From Planctomycetota bacterium (GTDB lineage Bacteria; Planctomycetota; B15-G4; SIAN01), in the NCBI GenBank assembly GCA_031409275.1, contig JANNXA010000010.1, forward strand, positions 196,040 to 260,039: a stretch of DNA of 64,000 bases, read 5' to 3'. The notes below the pieces were generated by a model, which saw only the letters and a program-made list of their open reading frames with translations, had not been told where the DNA came from and made no database searches. Position numbers and translations under genes: made by a program. This document shows, in pieces, positions 1 through 10,649 of this stretch; position 1 is the first letter of the stretch; each line of letters begins with the position of its first letter.

Positions 1-3000
1 GCGCCCACCTGCATCGGACCCGCCGCGACGACGGCGACCCGCAACCGCCCTTCGTAGTCGGAAGGCAGCGGAAAGCGGAGCTCCGCATGCCCGTCCGCGT
101 CGAGCACGACGTCGCCGCGAAACAGAGCCACCACTTCGATCGTCGTCGTGCCCAGCGCGAGGTTGGCGGCGACCAGCGCGTCATCGCCGCCGACGAGTCG
201 CTCGAGCGGGAAGCGGGCGCCCGCGAGGAGCGCGACCCGGCTGTCGGCGCCGCGCGTGATCAGGCGACGCGGCAGCAGGAACTCCGCGCGCGGATCGGCG
301 TCGCGATGGCGCGTCTGCTGCAACGTCCCGACATCGACCAGCGCAACGGTCGCCGCCGTCGCCCCGCGCGCGTCGATGGCGACGACGACGGTCGCACCGG
401 GCTCGACGTGCGATGGCGCCGTGACCGCGACCGGCAGGAACGCCGCGCTGCGGTCCACCTGCAGCGGCAGCGCACCGACCAGCCAGTCGGGCGGCGTCGC
501 ATCGCGTCGCGCCTGCGGTCGCGTCAGCGTGACGACGGCATGGACGGTCGGTCCGAGTTCCTCGGCCGGCACCTGCAAGGTCAACGTCGAGCGGCCCGCC
601 GCCACGGCGACGAGCCTCGCCCCGTGCAGCCGCTCCCCTTCGAGTGTGACCAGTGCATGACCGGCGAATGGCGCGTCGACCGTCAGCTCGAACGCGCCGC
701 CGGCGACCACCCGCTCCGGCCCGCTCAACGCCAACCGATCGGGGCGTGCCCCCGCCGCTGCGAGTTCGAGCTCGCAGCGTTGGCCACCGCCCCGCACGAC
801 CACCACCGGCCAACGGCCCGACGCCTCGATCCACGCCGGCAGCTCGACTTCGATGCGACCCGGCGTCGGCACCACCACGCGACGCGTTGCCACCACCTCG
901 ATGGCGACGCGCGACTCGAAGTTCCCGTCGCTGCCCCACTGCCATTGCCGCGCCTGCAGCTCGACGTCCACGGCGAGTGTGGTGTCGGGCGCGCCGCCGC
1001 ACGCGACCACCTCGACGCCGCCGGCCAGCGGTCGCACGCCCAACGTCGTCCCGGCACGAACGGCGCTGGCCACCGACTGCGTGCGCACCACGCGTCCCGA
1101 TGGATCGTCGACCTCGGCCTGCAGCAGCACGTGCCACGCACCGATGCCGGCCGGCAACGGCGGGAGGGAACAGCGGACACGCGCCCGCCCCAGCGCGTCG
1201 GTCACCGTCTCGATCGGCGCGAGATCCCCCGGCGGAGTCCTTCGTTCGAGGTCGGCGAACGAGGCGTCCAGAAGTCCGCTTCCCGACGCGCCGTCGACCG
1301 GCGGCTCGAACCGCGCGACGTCGACCCGCGGTCGCACCACGACGCGTCGCCCCGCGGCGACGCCGCCCGCCAGCCAGCGCGCCTCGAGCTGCCACTCGCA
1401 CGGCTCACCCGCGACCAACGGCGCGAGCCACGCGCCTTGCGCTTCGAGTCGATCGGGCACGAAGGTCTCGACGAAGAGCGTCGCCTCCGCCAGGCGCGGC
1501 CGCGCCGCATCGTCGGGCGCGAGGCCGCCGCGCAGCAGCTCGACCCGCCAGGCGCCAGTGGCATCGGCGACCGACGTTTCGAACGTGAGCGGCAACAGGC
1601 CGCTGCCCGGCACCTCGAACTCCTGGCGCCGCCGCAGTCGCCCGCGCGCGTCGAGCCAGCGCGCGATCACCGGCACGCCCGCCGCCGCGCGGCCGTCGCG
1701 TTCACGGACGAGCGCCGTGGCGTCGATCGTCTGGCCTGGACGCACCAGCCCGCGCGTCGGGTGGAGCAGCACTTCCAGGCCGCCGATCGGCGTCGGCGGC
1801 GCGCCGCCGACCGGCAGATGCGCAAGGTCGACGCGGAACCGCTCGAGCTCGAGCCACGCGACTTCGTCTCCGTGCGTCACCACCACGAGGTAGGGGACGC
1901 GGTCGTCCTGCGGCGCCGGCAACGTCAGCACGGCGAGCCCCTCGCCATCGGTGCGCCCGCGCACCAACCGTTGCCGCGTCGGGGTGTAGAGCGCGACGTC
2001 GGCGTCGGCGACCGCGAGGTCGCTCGCCAACGTGCGAACCGCGACGACCGCATCGCGGACGCCGACGCGCGCCGAAAGGCCCAGCTCGCTCACCTGCAGC
2101 AGGCGCCGCTCCGGCCAGCGGATTCCAGCCTCGGGCGCGGTCAGCTCGACCACGCAGGGGCCGACCGGCGGCGCTCCGAACAAGGCCGCGAGGTCGACGC
2201 GAGTGAGCGCCCCCTCGTTGCGAGCCGCCGTCACCTCGACGAAGGCGCGGCGCGGCGGCGCAGCCAACGACTCAAGGCTCGTGTCGACATCGAGCGCCAG
2301 CGCGACGACGTTGTTCGGGTAGATCGACCAGAGCGCGACCTCGAATCGCGGCACATTCACCGTCGCGACCTCGAGCTCCGCGCCGGCCGCGCTGGAGAGC
2401 ACCTCGCCACGGCGCGCGAAGTCGAGCTGCGGACGACGGTCCGGAACGAAAAGGGCGTGCTGCTCGGCGGCGGCGAGGCGCAGCAAGCCGCGACCAGGGA
2501 AGTCGGTCGCGAGGTGCAGCGTCAACGCGCGTCCCGCCGGAAACGTGCCGCGAAGAAGGAGCGCCCCGTCGCGCAGCTCCGCCGCCCAAGGCGAAGACGG
2601 CTCGACGCGCACCAGCGCGGGATCGAAATCGACCAGCGCGTGGTTGAAGCGGATCGAGAGTCCCGACGCGGTCGCCTCGGCGCGACGGAAGCGCAGCGGT
2701 GCCGCCAGCTCGAGCGGGGCGCGGTAGGGCTCGCCCATCGGCAACGGGCCGACGGTCGAGCACAACGTCGCCGCCAACGCGACTTCGACCTGCGGCGGCA
2801 GCGGCGTCGCGGGCGACGACTCGAGCTGCACGAGGTGGCGTGTCCCATCGCGACTCGTCACGTGCGCGACCAGCGGCGCTCCTGTCGGCGCCGTCACGCT
2901 CAACGCGGTCTGCAACGCCGCCGCCGCGATGGGCAGGTCGAACTCGAGCGCGAAGGCGGACGGAGCAGCGCTTCCCGCGGGCGGCGGCGCGAGCTGCAGA

Positions 3001-3458
3001 TCGACGACGCGCGGCCCCGGTGCCGCGACGTCGAACTCGCGCGCGGGCTCGACGCAGCGACCGTCGATCGCGACGAGACCGGCGGCGAGCCGAACCTGGG
3101 TGCGCCGCGCGCGAGGCAGCGGCTCGGCGAGCCTCACCTCGAGCGTCGTCGGCGAGCTCCACCACAGCGACAGCGGCTGCGGCGGATCGAGCGTGACGTC
3201 GACGCCGGCGGTCGCGCCAGGCAGATCGAGCGCCGCCGCACCGACCATCGGCGTGGCGAACTCGAAGCGCAGACGCTCTTGCGCGACGATCAACCGGATC
3301 GCGCCATCGGGCAGCGGTCGTGCATGCGCGAGCGCGACGCGCGAAGCGGTCTCGCGCCAGCCCGCCGTGACGACGATGCCGAGCGCAAACGAGATCCCCA
3401 GACCGAGCGCGACACGCGCCCGGGCAATGAATGGCGAAAACACCGTCCCCCTCCCCAT
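1..3458 (-). CDS. Alpha-2-macroglobulin family protein (N-terminal ~1150 aa; runs off the left edge)
   Basis: Absent from the ORF track (no stop inside the window). Manual translation of several segments of this minus frame gives an N-terminal hydrophobic segment (RVALGLGISFALGIVVTAGW), MG2-like motifs (LLHPTRGLVRPGQTIDATALVR; FVETFVPDRLE) and an A2M-like motif (VVALFRGDVVLDADGHAELRFPLPSDYEGRLRVAVVA). Start is ATG 3458 or GTG 3443. Confidence 0.85.
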   Translation of the reverse strand, partial: MGRGTVFSPFIARARVALGLGISFALGIVVTAGWRETASRVALAHARPLPDGAIRLIVAQERLRFEFATPMVGAAALDLPGATAGVDVTLDPPQPLSLWWSSPTTLEVRLAEPLPRARRTQVRLAAGLVAIDGRCVEPAREFDVAAPGPRVVDLQLAPPPAGSAAPSAFALEFDLPIAAAALQTALSVTAPTGAPLVAHVTSRDGTRHLVQLESSPATPLPPQVEVALAATLCSTVGPLPMGEPYRAPLELAAPLRFRRAEATASGLSIRFNHALVDFDPALVRVEPSSPWAAELRDGALLLRGTFPAGRALTLHLATDFPGRGLLRLAAAEQHALFVPDRRPQLDFARRGEVLSSAAGAELEVATVNVPRFEVALWSIYPNNVVALALDVDTSLESLAAPPRRAFVEVTAARNEGALTRVDLAALFGAPPVGPCVVELTAPEAGIRWPERRLLQVSELGLSARVGVRDAVVAVRTLASDLAVADADVALYTPTRQRLVRGRTDGEGLAVLTLPAPQDDRVPYLVVVTHGDEVAWLELERFRVDLAHLPVGGAPPTPIGGLEVLLHPTRGLVRPGQTIDATALVRERDGRAAAGVPVIARWLDARGRLRRRQEFEVPGSGLLPLTFETSVADATGAWRVELLRGGLAPDDAARPRLAEATLFVETFVPDRLEAQGAWLAPLVAGEPCEWQLEARWLAGGVAAGRRVVVRPRVDVARFEPPVDGASGSGLLDASFADLERRTPPGDLAPIETVTDALGRARVRCSLPPLPAGIGAWHVLLQAEVDDPSGRVVRTQSVASAVRAGTTLGVRPLAGGVEVVACGGAPDTTLAVDVELQARQWQWGSDGNFESRVAIEVVATRRVVVPTPGRIEVELPAWIEASGRWPVVVVRGGGQRCELELAAAGARPDRLALSGPERVVAGGAFELTVDAPFAGHALVTLEGERLHGARLVAVAAGRSTLTLQVPAEELGPTVHAVVTLTRPQARRDATPPDWLVGALPLQVDRSAAFLPVAVTAPSHVEPGATVVVAIDARGATAATVALVDVGTLQQTRHRDADPRAEFLLPRRLITRGADSRVALLAGARFPLERLVGGDDALVAANLALGTTTIEVVALFRGDVVLDADGHAELRFPLPSDYEGRLRVAVVAAGPMQVG

Positions 3459-3622
3459 CGCGAGCCCATCGGGCTCAGCTGATTCGCGCGGACGAAGTGC
3501 GCGTCAAGGGAACGGCAGCGGCCAATCGCCAGGCCAGCTGCGCTCCTCCCACCACCGGCGACGCATCAGAGCCGCAATCCGGTGGACGTCAATCCGAGCG
3601 AAATGCGGACAGCGTGATCGCG

Positions 3623-4972
3623 TCAGGGCTGCGGCGGAACCGCTGCCATGTAGAGATGCGCGGCGACGGTGAAGTAGATCAGCAAGCCGCTGACATCGCA
3701 GAAGGTGGCGACGAATGGCGAGCACGCGGTGGCGGGGTCGAGCCGGAAAAAGCGCAAAGCGAAGGGCAGCGACGAACCGACCAGCGAGCCGAACAGCACG
3801 ACGCCGGCGACGCTGAACGCGATCGTGAACGAGAGGCGCAGGTTGTGTTCGCCGTAGTCGTAGATGCCGAACCATTGCCAGGCGAGCACGCGGATGACGC
3901 CGATGCCCGCCAACAGCACGCCGAGCGCCACGCCCGAGCCGAGCTCGCGCCGGAAGACGCGCCACCAGTCGGCGAGGCGCAGCTCACCGAGCGCCAGCGC
4001 GCGGATCACCAGCGTCGACGACTGCGACCCGGAGTTGCCGCCGCTCGAGATGATCAGCGGCACGAACAGCATCAGCACGCTCCACTGCTTGAGCGAGTGC
4101 TCGTAATGCTGCATCGCGGAGGCGGTGAAGGTCTCGCCGAGGAAGAGCACGGCGAGCCAGCCGAACCGCTTGCGCAGCAGCTCGACGAACCCGACTTCGA
4201 GGTAGGGCTTGTCGAGCGCCTCGACGCCGCCGAGCTTCTGGATGTCTTCCGTCGCCTCTTCCGTGACGACGTCGACGATGTCTTCCGCGGAGACGACGCC
4301 TTTCATCCGGCCCTCGGCATCGAGGACCGGGAGGGCGACCAGGTTCTTGCTGGAGAAGAGCGGCGCGATCTTCTCCTGGTCGAGGTCTTCGGCCACGGTG
4401 ACGACATCGGTCACCATGACCTCCTCGATCCGCTTCGCCGCCGGCGCGGTCAGCAGCTGGCGGAACGAAAGCACGCCGCGCAGCTTCTGCTCGGCGTCGA
4501 GCACGTAGCAGTAGTAGATCGGGCGGTCCTTCTGCAGCGCCTGCTTGCGCAGGTAGAGGATCGCCTCGTCGACGGTCATCTCGGGACGCAGCCGCACGAA
4601 GCGCGGGTTCATCAAGCCGCCGGCCTCATCCTCGGCGTAGGCCAACAGCGCGCGCACCTCCCGCAGCGAAACGTCGTCGAGCAGCGCCATCAGGCCGTCG
4701 CGCTCGCTGCGCGACGCTTGCTGGACGACGTCGGCCGCCTCATCGAGCGGCAGCAGTCGCAGCCACGTGCGGCGCGTCAGGTTGGGCAGCACCACCAGCA
4801 GCTGCGCCTGCTCGCGCGCCGTGAGGCCGAGGAAGAACTCCTCGGCTTCGTCTTCCGGCAGCAGCTTGAGCGCGTCGATGCGCTCGTCTGCGGACATCAC
4901 CGACCACGCCGCGCGCAGGTCGGTGAGGACCTCGCTGGTTTCGGGAGTGAGCTGTCCTTCGGCGCGATCCAT
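3623..4972 (-). CDS. mgtE: Magnesium transporter MgtE
   Basis: N domain, CBS pair (AGGLMNPRFV, IYYCYVLD), TM domain with GGNSGSQ and DPATACSPFVATFCDVSG. Start placed at MDRAEG; TATCGT -10-like element just upstream. Confidence 0.95.
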   Translation of the reverse strand: MDRAEGQLTPETSEVLTDLRAAWSVMSADERIDALKLLPEDEAEEFFLGLTAREQAQLLVVLPNLTRRTWLRLLPLDEAADVVQQASRSERDGLMALLDDVSLREVRALLAYAEDEAGGLMNPRFVRLRPEMTVDEAILYLRKQALQKDRPIYYCYVLDAEQKLRGVLSFRQLLTAPAAKRIEEVMVTDVVTVAEDLDQEKIAPLFSSKNLVALPVLDAEGRMKGVVSAEDIVDVVTEEATEDIQKLGGVEALDKPYLEVGFVELLRKRFGWLAVLFLGETFTASAMQHYEHSLKQWSVLMLFVPLIISSGGNSGSQSSTLVIRALALGELRLADWWRVFRRELGSGVALGVLLAGIGVIRVLAWQWFGIYDYGEHNLRLSFTIAFSVAGVVLFGSLVGSSLPFALRFFRLDPATACSPFVATFCDVSGLLIYFTVAAHLYMAAVPPQP

Positions 4973-5130
4973 CGTGAGCGGGACGATAGCTCGCACGGCC
5001 TGCGCGAAGCGAGGGTGCAGCTGCCATTCCTTGCGGCGTCCGCAACGAGGACCTATGAGCCAATGCGGTTGCACGGCTCCGTTGCACGATCCGGCAGCGA
5101 GCCCCCACCACCCTTCATGAAGAGCACGCC

Positions 5131-5868
5131 GTGAGCGCCGCTGATCGACGCCCCTTCGAGTTCCTGCCGCGCCTCATCTCGAAGTGGGGCTTCTGTTCGC
5201 GCAAGGAGGCGGAACGGCTGGTGGCCGGCGGTCACGTCACCGTCAATGGCACCATCCGGCGCGACGTGCTGTGGAAGACCAATCCGCGCAAGGACGACGT
5301 CGCCGTCGACGGCCAGCCGGTGAAGCGCGCCGCGCTGCTGTACGCCAAGCTGAACAAGCCGCTCGGCGTGGTGACCACGATGAAGGACCCGGAAGGGCGG
5401 CCCACCGTCGCCGAACTCATCCCGGAACCGCTGCGCGGCGTGATGCCGGTCGGGCGGCTCGACCAGGATTCGACCGGGCTGCTGCTGTTGACCAATGACC
5501 ACGCGCTTGGCGATCGCCTGGTCGGCGCGCAGCGCCACGTCGAGAAGGTCTATCGCGTCGTGGTCGACGGAGCGCCCGCCGACGACCTCTTCGCGCCGCT
5601 GCGCGCGGGAATCGTGCTCGACGATGGCGAGCGCTGCCGACCCGCGCGGGTGACGGTGCAGGGCCGCGAAGCCGACACCACGCTGCTCGAGGTCGTGCTC
5701 GACGAAGGCAAGTTCCGGCAGATCCGCCGCTCGCTGGCGCAGGTCGGGCTGACCGTCCGCTCGCTCCATCGCCTGCGCATCGGCCCCCTCGAGCTGGGGG
5801 CGCTCGCGCCAGGAGCCGTGGTGGCGTTGTCGGCGACGGAACTCGCTTCGCTGCGTCGCTTGCGCTGA
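5131..5868 (+). CDS. rRNA pseudouridine synthase, RsuA/RluB family
   Basis: S4 domain (CSRKEAERLV), LNKPLGVVTT, catalytic GRLDQDSTGLLLLTND, EGKFRQIRR. Confidence 0.92.
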   Translation: MSAADRRPFEFLPRLISKWGFCSRKEAERLVAGGHVTVNGTIRRDVLWKTNPRKDDVAVDGQPVKRAALLYAKLNKPLGVVTTMKDPEGRPTVAELIPEPLRGVMPVGRLDQDSTGLLLLTNDHALGDRLVGAQRHVEKVYRVVVDGAPADDLFAPLRAGIVLDDGERCRPARVTVQGREADTTLLEVVLDEGKFRQIRRSLAQVGLTVRSLHRLRIGPLELGALAPGAVVALSATELASLRRLR

Positions 5869-6023
5869 AGAACGCCGCGCGCCAGAGCGCGACGCGGCGC
5901 GCCCCGCGTCAGGAGCCTTCTCCCAGGCGGCCGGACGCACGACGCGCACGCAGCCGAACTCCGGCCTCGCGGCGCAACGCTGATCGCAAGGCGCGGGCCG
6001 CCGAACTCGCGGAGCGCGCCCGG

Positions 6024-6058
6024 GCAACCGCTCGCCAACGGGAACGAGCGGCCGTTGC
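6024..6058. terminator. GC-rich hairpin between convergent genes, possible terminator
   Basis: CCGCTCG (6028-6034) pairs with CGAGCGG (6045-6051), extended by GCAAC/GTTGC; no U-tract. Confidence 0.3.
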
Positions 6059-6099
6059 GGGTCGCTCGCGTTACCGCGCCGTCACTCCTGGCGCATCGA

Positions 6100-6588
6100 T
6101 CAGACGACCAGCACGCTGATCCTGCCGGACGAGTAGCCCGAGATCGCCACTTCGAGGTCGACGCGGCCGCCGGGCGCCTTCGCGAGCGCGGCGACCGCTT
6201 CCGGCAGTTGCGGGGCGGTCGTCACCGTGCAGAGCGCGACGCGCGGGGTCTTCTGCGAGTTGAAGAGCGCCGCCCAGACGTTCAGGACCTCGTGGAGGTT
6301 CTCCGCGAGGTTGTCCTCGATCTTGCCCGACTTCACGGCCTCTTGCGCGACGACCGGCGGCAACATCACCAACGCGGCCCCAGCGCTCGCCGCAAGCGGC
6401 AGATCGAGGATCAACGCCGCCGCCAGCTTTCCGCCAGCTTCGACGTAGGTCGCGACGACCACCGGCTGCTTCGCCGCCGGCAACACCGGCTTGCCCGCCT
6501 TCGCGGTCGCCGTGCGGCCGATCAGGCCCGACAGCGTCCTCGCGACGACTCCGGCTTCCGGGAGGTGGTGGAGCAAGGTGGTCGGCAT
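6100..6588 (-). CDS. CheX/CheC-like protein, last gene of the che operon
   Basis: MPTTLLHHLPE start. Contains ENLHEVLNV, resembling the ExxN phosphatase motif. Located directly after cheX. Confidence 0.6.
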   Translation of the reverse strand: MPTTLLHHLPEAGVVARTLSGLIGRTATAKAGKPVLPAAKQPVVVATYVEAGGKLAAALILDLPLAASAGAALVMLPPVVAQEAVKSGKIEDNLAENLHEVLNVWAALFNSQKTPRVALCTVTTAPQLPEAVAALAKAPGGRVDLEVAISGYSSGRISVLVV

Positions 6589-6605
6589 GGGCAAAGCTCC
6601 GCGCG

Positions 6606-7088
6606 TCAGCTCGCCTTGAAACGGACGACCAGGAGATGGGCTTCGATCTCGCCCATCTTCACCGCCACGGTGCCAACCTCCTGGCGATCGGAGGCGAGCA
6701 GGCGCCCCTGCATGAAGAGCGGCAGCCCGAGCTTGAAGCCCGGGACGCGCTCCGAGATCAGCCGTTTCACGGAACCACCGAGGATGTTGGCGATCTCGCC
6801 GACGGCATCGCACATGTCGGCATCGCTGATCTCCTCGCTCGGTTCCATGCACAGCATCTTGCGGGCAAGTGCGCGGCAGCCGTCGATCGACGCAACCACG
6901 CCGATCTGTGCCGAAGTCTCGTCGCCGACCAGCGCGACGTAGGAACCGACGTCGGTGACGGGTGCTTCCGTCGCCGAGGGGCCGACTGTGAAGGTCTGGC
7001 AACCGAGCTGCCCCGTGGCGAGTTCCTCGCAGGCCTGGACCGTGATCTGCAACCAGTCTTGCAGCGTGAACTCCTGGGTGACCGTCAC
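6606..7088 (-). CDS. cheX: Chemotaxis phosphatase CheX
   Basis: DMCDAVGEIANILGGSVK and LGLPLF motifs; GTG start overlaps the cheY stop. Confidence 0.85.
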   Translation of the reverse strand: MTVTQEFTLQDWLQITVQACEELATGQLGCQTFTVGPSATEAPVTDVGSYVALVGDETSAQIGVVASIDGCRALARKMLCMEPSEEISDADMCDAVGEIANILGGSVKRLISERVPGFKLGLPLFMQGRLLASDRQEVGTVAVKMGEIEAHLLVVRFKAS

Positions 7089-7450
7089 GATGCGAGCACC
7101 GGCTGGAGGACCTGCTGGAACGTCTCGGGCGTGAACGGCTTGGCGATCAGGAAGAGCGCGCCTGAGTCCATCGCCAGCTTGCGCATCTCGGGCGTGCCCT
7201 CGGTCGTCACGAAGCCGAACTTCACCGTCTGCCCTTCCGAGCGCAGCTTCTGCAGCAGCTCGATTCCATTCATCTCCGGCATGTTCCAATCGCACAGGAC
7301 GAGGTCCGGTGGCGACGCCTTGATGGCGTCGAACGCCAGCGCGCCGTTTTCCGCTTCCTCGACGGCGTGCTGTTCGAAACCCGCCTGCTTCAGCGTGCGT
7401 GCGACGATCTTGCGCATCGCCTTGCTGTCGTCGACCACCAGGATCTTCAT
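7085..7450 (-). CDS. cheY: Chemotaxis response regulator CheY
   Basis: Stand-alone receiver domain: MKILVVDDS, LCDWNMPEMNG, FVTTE, IAKPFT. Confidence 0.9.
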   Translation of the reverse strand: MKILVVDDSKAMRKIVARTLKQAGFEQHAVEEAENGALAFDAIKASPPDLVLCDWNMPEMNGIELLQKLRSEGQTVKFGFVTTEGTPEMRKLAMDSGALFLIAKPFTPETFQQVLQPVLAS

Positions 7451-7535
7451 TCGCTTTCCTCGCGAGAGCTGAGTTGCAGCCATTTCTTCGGCGCAACGTC
7501 CCGGTTCCGTGGAGCGAAAAGTGTTCTGCGCGCGT

Positions 7536-8531
7536 TCATGGTTTGTAGGTCGTCGCGCGGCCGACGCGAACCGCTTTCCAGGACTCGTCGACGCCGAGCA
7601 GGCTCTCCGACGCGCCGATCATCAGCACACCGTCGGGCGCCAGCACGGCGCGGATCCGCTTCAGGATCTGCCGCTTGGTCTCGACGTCGAAGTAGATCAG
7701 CACGTTGCGCAGCAGCACGAGGTCGTAGGTCGCCATCGGCGGGAAGGGCGCGACCAGGTTCATCTCGCGGAAGTCGACCAGCTCGCGCAGCTCTTCCTTC
7801 ACGCGGTAGTCGTCGCCGACCGGCTCGAGCCACTTCCACGTCTGCGCATCGGCCATGCCGCGGCGTACCTCGAAGCTCGAGTACGTGGCCGCCTTCGCGC
7901 GGCGCACCATCTCGGCGCTCAGGTCGGTGCCGAGCAGCTCGAGCTTCCACGCTCCGAGCTGGATGAAGCTGTCGCGCATCATCATCAGCAGGCTGTAGGC
8001 CTCCTGACCGCTCGACGACGCCGCCGACCAGATGCGCAGCGTGCGCTTGCTGGCCCGCGCCCGCAGCAGCTCGGGCAGGATGGATCCTTTCAGTGCCTCG
8101 AACGGCTCGAAGTCGCGAAAGAAGCTGGTCTCGTTGGTGGTCAACGCCTCGACCACCTCGACCGCGAGCTTGGGATCGTGGCCCAGCCGCAGCTGATCGA
8201 ACAGCGTGGCGAGCTTCTCGACGTTGCGCCGCCGCGCGAGTGTCTTGAGTCGCGTCTCGACCAGGTACTCCTGGCGCGGCTCGATCACGATCCCGGCCCG
8301 CTCGCGCACCAGCTTGCGGACGAGCTCGAAGTCGGCCGGGGCGACCAGGGACGGTGCCGGAGGAGCGGCGGCGATCGCGCGCACGGCAGGCGCGACCGAT
8401 GCGTCCGCTGGCGAGTGGAGCAGCGGCGCCGCGATCGTTGCACGAATCGGCGGCAGCGGCTGCACTGGAACCGGCGCGCGTGGTGGCGAGAGCGGCGGCG
8501 GAGGTGAGTTCGACGGCGGCGGAGGGGTCAC
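7536..8531 (-). CDS. cheR: Chemotaxis methyltransferase CheR with Pro-rich N-terminal extension
   Basis: TTNETSFFRD, IWSAASSSGQEAYS, GTDLS, RNVLIYFD. Confidence 0.95.
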   Translation of the reverse strand: MTPPPPSNSPPPPLSPPRAPVPVQPLPPIRATIAAPLLHSPADASVAPAVRAIAAAPPAPSLVAPADFELVRKLVRERAGIVIEPRQEYLVETRLKTLARRRNVEKLATLFDQLRLGHDPKLAVEVVEALTTNETSFFRDFEPFEALKGSILPELLRARASKRTLRIWSAASSSGQEAYSLLMMMRDSFIQLGAWKLELLGTDLSAEMVRRAKAATYSSFEVRRGMADAQTWKWLEPVGDDYRVKEELRELVDFREMNLVAPFPPMATYDLVLLRNVLIYFDVETKRQILKRIRAVLAPDGVLMIGASESLLGVDESWKAVRVGRATTYKP

Positions 8532-9844
8532 GAGCTCACCGGGACCTTGCGTGGCGCTCGACCGCTCGTCGGAACGCGACAGAGGATCTCTGCGGCGATC
8601 TCGCCAAGCGGGAGCACGGCGTCGGCAAGACCGCGACCGGCGACGAAGCCGGGCATTCCCCAGACCACGCTGCTCTGCTCGTCCTGCGCCAGCACGGAAC
8701 CACCGGCTTGCTTGATCGCCTCGGCTCCCTTGGCGCCATCACTGCCCATGCCGGTCAACACCACTCCCAGCACGCGCTTGCCGTAGCAATGCGCCACGGA
8801 CCGGAACAGCGGGTCGACGGCGGGGCGGCAGGAGTTCTCCGGCGCGTCCTGGTTCAACGTGAGCTTGAACTGACTGCCGGCGCGTTCGACGACCATGTGG
8901 TGATCGCCGGGCGCGATGTAGACATGCCCTGGCTCGAGGAGCATGCCCGCTTCCGCCTCGTGCACCTTGACCCGGCACTTGGTGGCAAGCTGCTGCGATA
9001 GCAGCTTGGTGAACAGCGGTGGCATGTGCTGCACGATCACGATCGGCAGCGAGAAGTCGCCGGGGATCGCGGGAAGCAGAACGTTCAGCGCCGACGGGCC
9101 GCCGGTCGAGACGCCGATCGCGACGATCTCAGGCGTATCGCCGGCCGAGAGGCGCGGCGCTTTGCGCGGGAAGCTGGTCGGCGTCGCGGACCGGGATGCG
9201 AGCGCTGGCGGCGCGTGGTGGACCGGCGCTGGCGCCGCGACACGCGGCGTCGGCAGGGCCGGAAGCTTCAAGCCGCGGATCCTGCCGCGGAAGTCGCTGC
9301 GTTGCGCATCGTCCCAATGCGGCGAACCGGGCGGACGCGGCTTGCCGCGGTGATCGAGCGCGGCGGGCGCCGCGGGTGCGATCGCTGCTGGCCGCGTCGC
9401 AGGCGCAGGCGCCACGGGGGTTCGCCGGGCGGCCGAACGCCCGCCGTGATGCTTCAACTTGTTGAAGAGGTCCTCGCGCAGCGCCTGCATCGCCTCGTGC
9501 AGGCTGGCGCTGTTGGTGGGCTTGGCGACGTAGTCGACGGCGCCCGCCCCCAACGCTTCGAGCGTCGCGGTGGCGCCACGTTGCGACAGCGTGCTGAACA
9601 TGATGACCGGCAGCTTCGGCCAGCGCGCGAAGAGCTGGCGCGCCGCTTCGACCCCGTCCATCTCGGGCATCTCGATGTCGAGCGTGACGACGTCGGGCGC
9701 CAGCGCCTCGACCTGCGTCAGCGCGAGCTTTCCGTTGGCGGCGGTACCCACGACCTCGAACATCGGGTCGGCGGCCAGCGTGTCGCACAGGATCTTTCGA
9801 ACGACCGCGGAGTCGTCGACGACCAGCACCCGGATGCACCCCAT
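8528..9844 (-). CDS. cheB: Chemotaxis methylesterase CheB (receiver plus esterase, long linker)
   Basis: VLVVDDS and TLDIEMP receiver motifs; GVSTGGP, QHMP, LTGMGSDG catalytic motifs. Confidence 0.95.
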   Translation of the reverse strand: MGCIRVLVVDDSAVVRKILCDTLAADPMFEVVGTAANGKLALTQVEALAPDVVTLDIEMPEMDGVEAARQLFARWPKLPVIMFSTLSQRGATATLEALGAGAVDYVAKPTNSASLHEAMQALREDLFNKLKHHGGRSAARRTPVAPAPATRPAAIAPAAPAALDHRGKPRPPGSPHWDDAQRSDFRGRIRGLKLPALPTPRVAAPAPVHHAPPALASRSATPTSFPRKAPRLSAGDTPEIVAIGVSTGGPSALNVLLPAIPGDFSLPIVIVQHMPPLFTKLLSQQLATKCRVKVHEAEAGMLLEPGHVYIAPGDHHMVVERAGSQFKLTLNQDAPENSCRPAVDPLFRSVAHCYGKRVLGVVLTGMGSDGAKGAEAIKQAGGSVLAQDEQSSVVWGMPGFVAGRGLADAVLPLGEIAAEILCRVPTSGRAPRKVPVSS

Positions 9845-9848
9845 CGGA

Positions 9849-10649
9849 TCACTCCGCACGCCCGGCGAGCGTCGCGGCCGTCTTCCGACAGGCGACGGCA
9901 GCGCGCGACATCGCGCGCGCCGACTCGCTCACGCGCGCCACGCCCTGGTCGATCTCGCCGCTCTCGCGTGCGGCGTCGGCGACACAGCGAGCGATCTCGG
10001 TCGTCGTCGCATTCTGCTCCTCGACCGCTCCGGCGATGCCGTTCTGGCTGTCGTGGATGCGCGCGATGATCCGCGAGATCGCGGCGATCGCGGCGACGGC
10101 GCTCTTCGTGTCGGCCTGGATCGACTCGACGCGGCGCACGATCTCCGTGGTCGCTTTCGCGGTCGCCCGCGCCAGATCCTTCACCTCGTTCGCGACGACC
10201 GCGAAACCCTTGCCCGCCTCGCCGGCGCGCGCCGCCTCGATGGTGGCGTTCAGCGCCAGCAGGTTGGTCTGTTGCGCGATCGACGAGATCACCTTCACCA
10301 CGTCGCCGATCTCGGCGCTCGAGGCGCCGAGCCGCGAGACGGTCGCCGTGGTCGACTCCGCCGCCGAAACCGCCGAGCGGGCGACCTGCGCCGCCTCGCT
10401 GGTGTTCTTCGAGATCTCGCGGATGCTGGTCGTCATCTGCTCGAGGCTGCCGCTCACGCTGCGCAACCCCTCGCTGACACGGCTCGCGCCGGCGCCGAGC
10501 CGGCTCGCCTCGGTGGTCGTCGTCTCCGCGTCGCGGCCAAGATCGTCGGCGACGCGTGCCAGCTGCTGGATGACTCCGACCTGATCGACGCGCTCCGCGC
10601 CCGGCTCTGCGATCGGCGCGCGCGCGCTCCGCTTTTCGGCGATCGCCAT
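9849..10649 (-). CDS. Short soluble methyl-accepting chemotaxis protein (signalling domain only)
   Basis: [37 protein letters not shown] hairpin. Start MAIAEK overlaps the cheW stop. No TM segment. Confidence 0.9.
   Translation of the reverse strand: MAIAEKRSARAPIAEPGAERVDQVGVIQQLARVADDLGRDAETTTTEASRLGAGASRVSEGLRSVSGSLEQMTTSIREISKNTSEAAQVARSAVSAAESTTATVSRLGASSAEIGDVVKVISSIAQQTNLLALNATIEAARAGEAGKGFAVVANEVKDLARATAKATTEIVRRVESIQADTKSAVAAIAAISRIIARIHDSQNGIAGAVEEQNATTTEIARCVADAARESGEIDQGVARVSESARAMSRAAVACRKTAATLAGRAE

Noticed and set aside
87..3482. 1131-aa plus-strand ORF
   Set aside because: Arg-rich antisense shadow of the alpha-2-macroglobulin gene; no motifs
4973..5130. Possible Mg2+ (M-box) riboswitch upstream of mgtE; GTTGCACG direct repeat at 5068-5075 and 5081-5088
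   Set aside because: A -10-like TATCGT lies just upstream of the mgtE start, leaving no room for a riboswitch leader. An 8-bp repeat alone is too weak to call.
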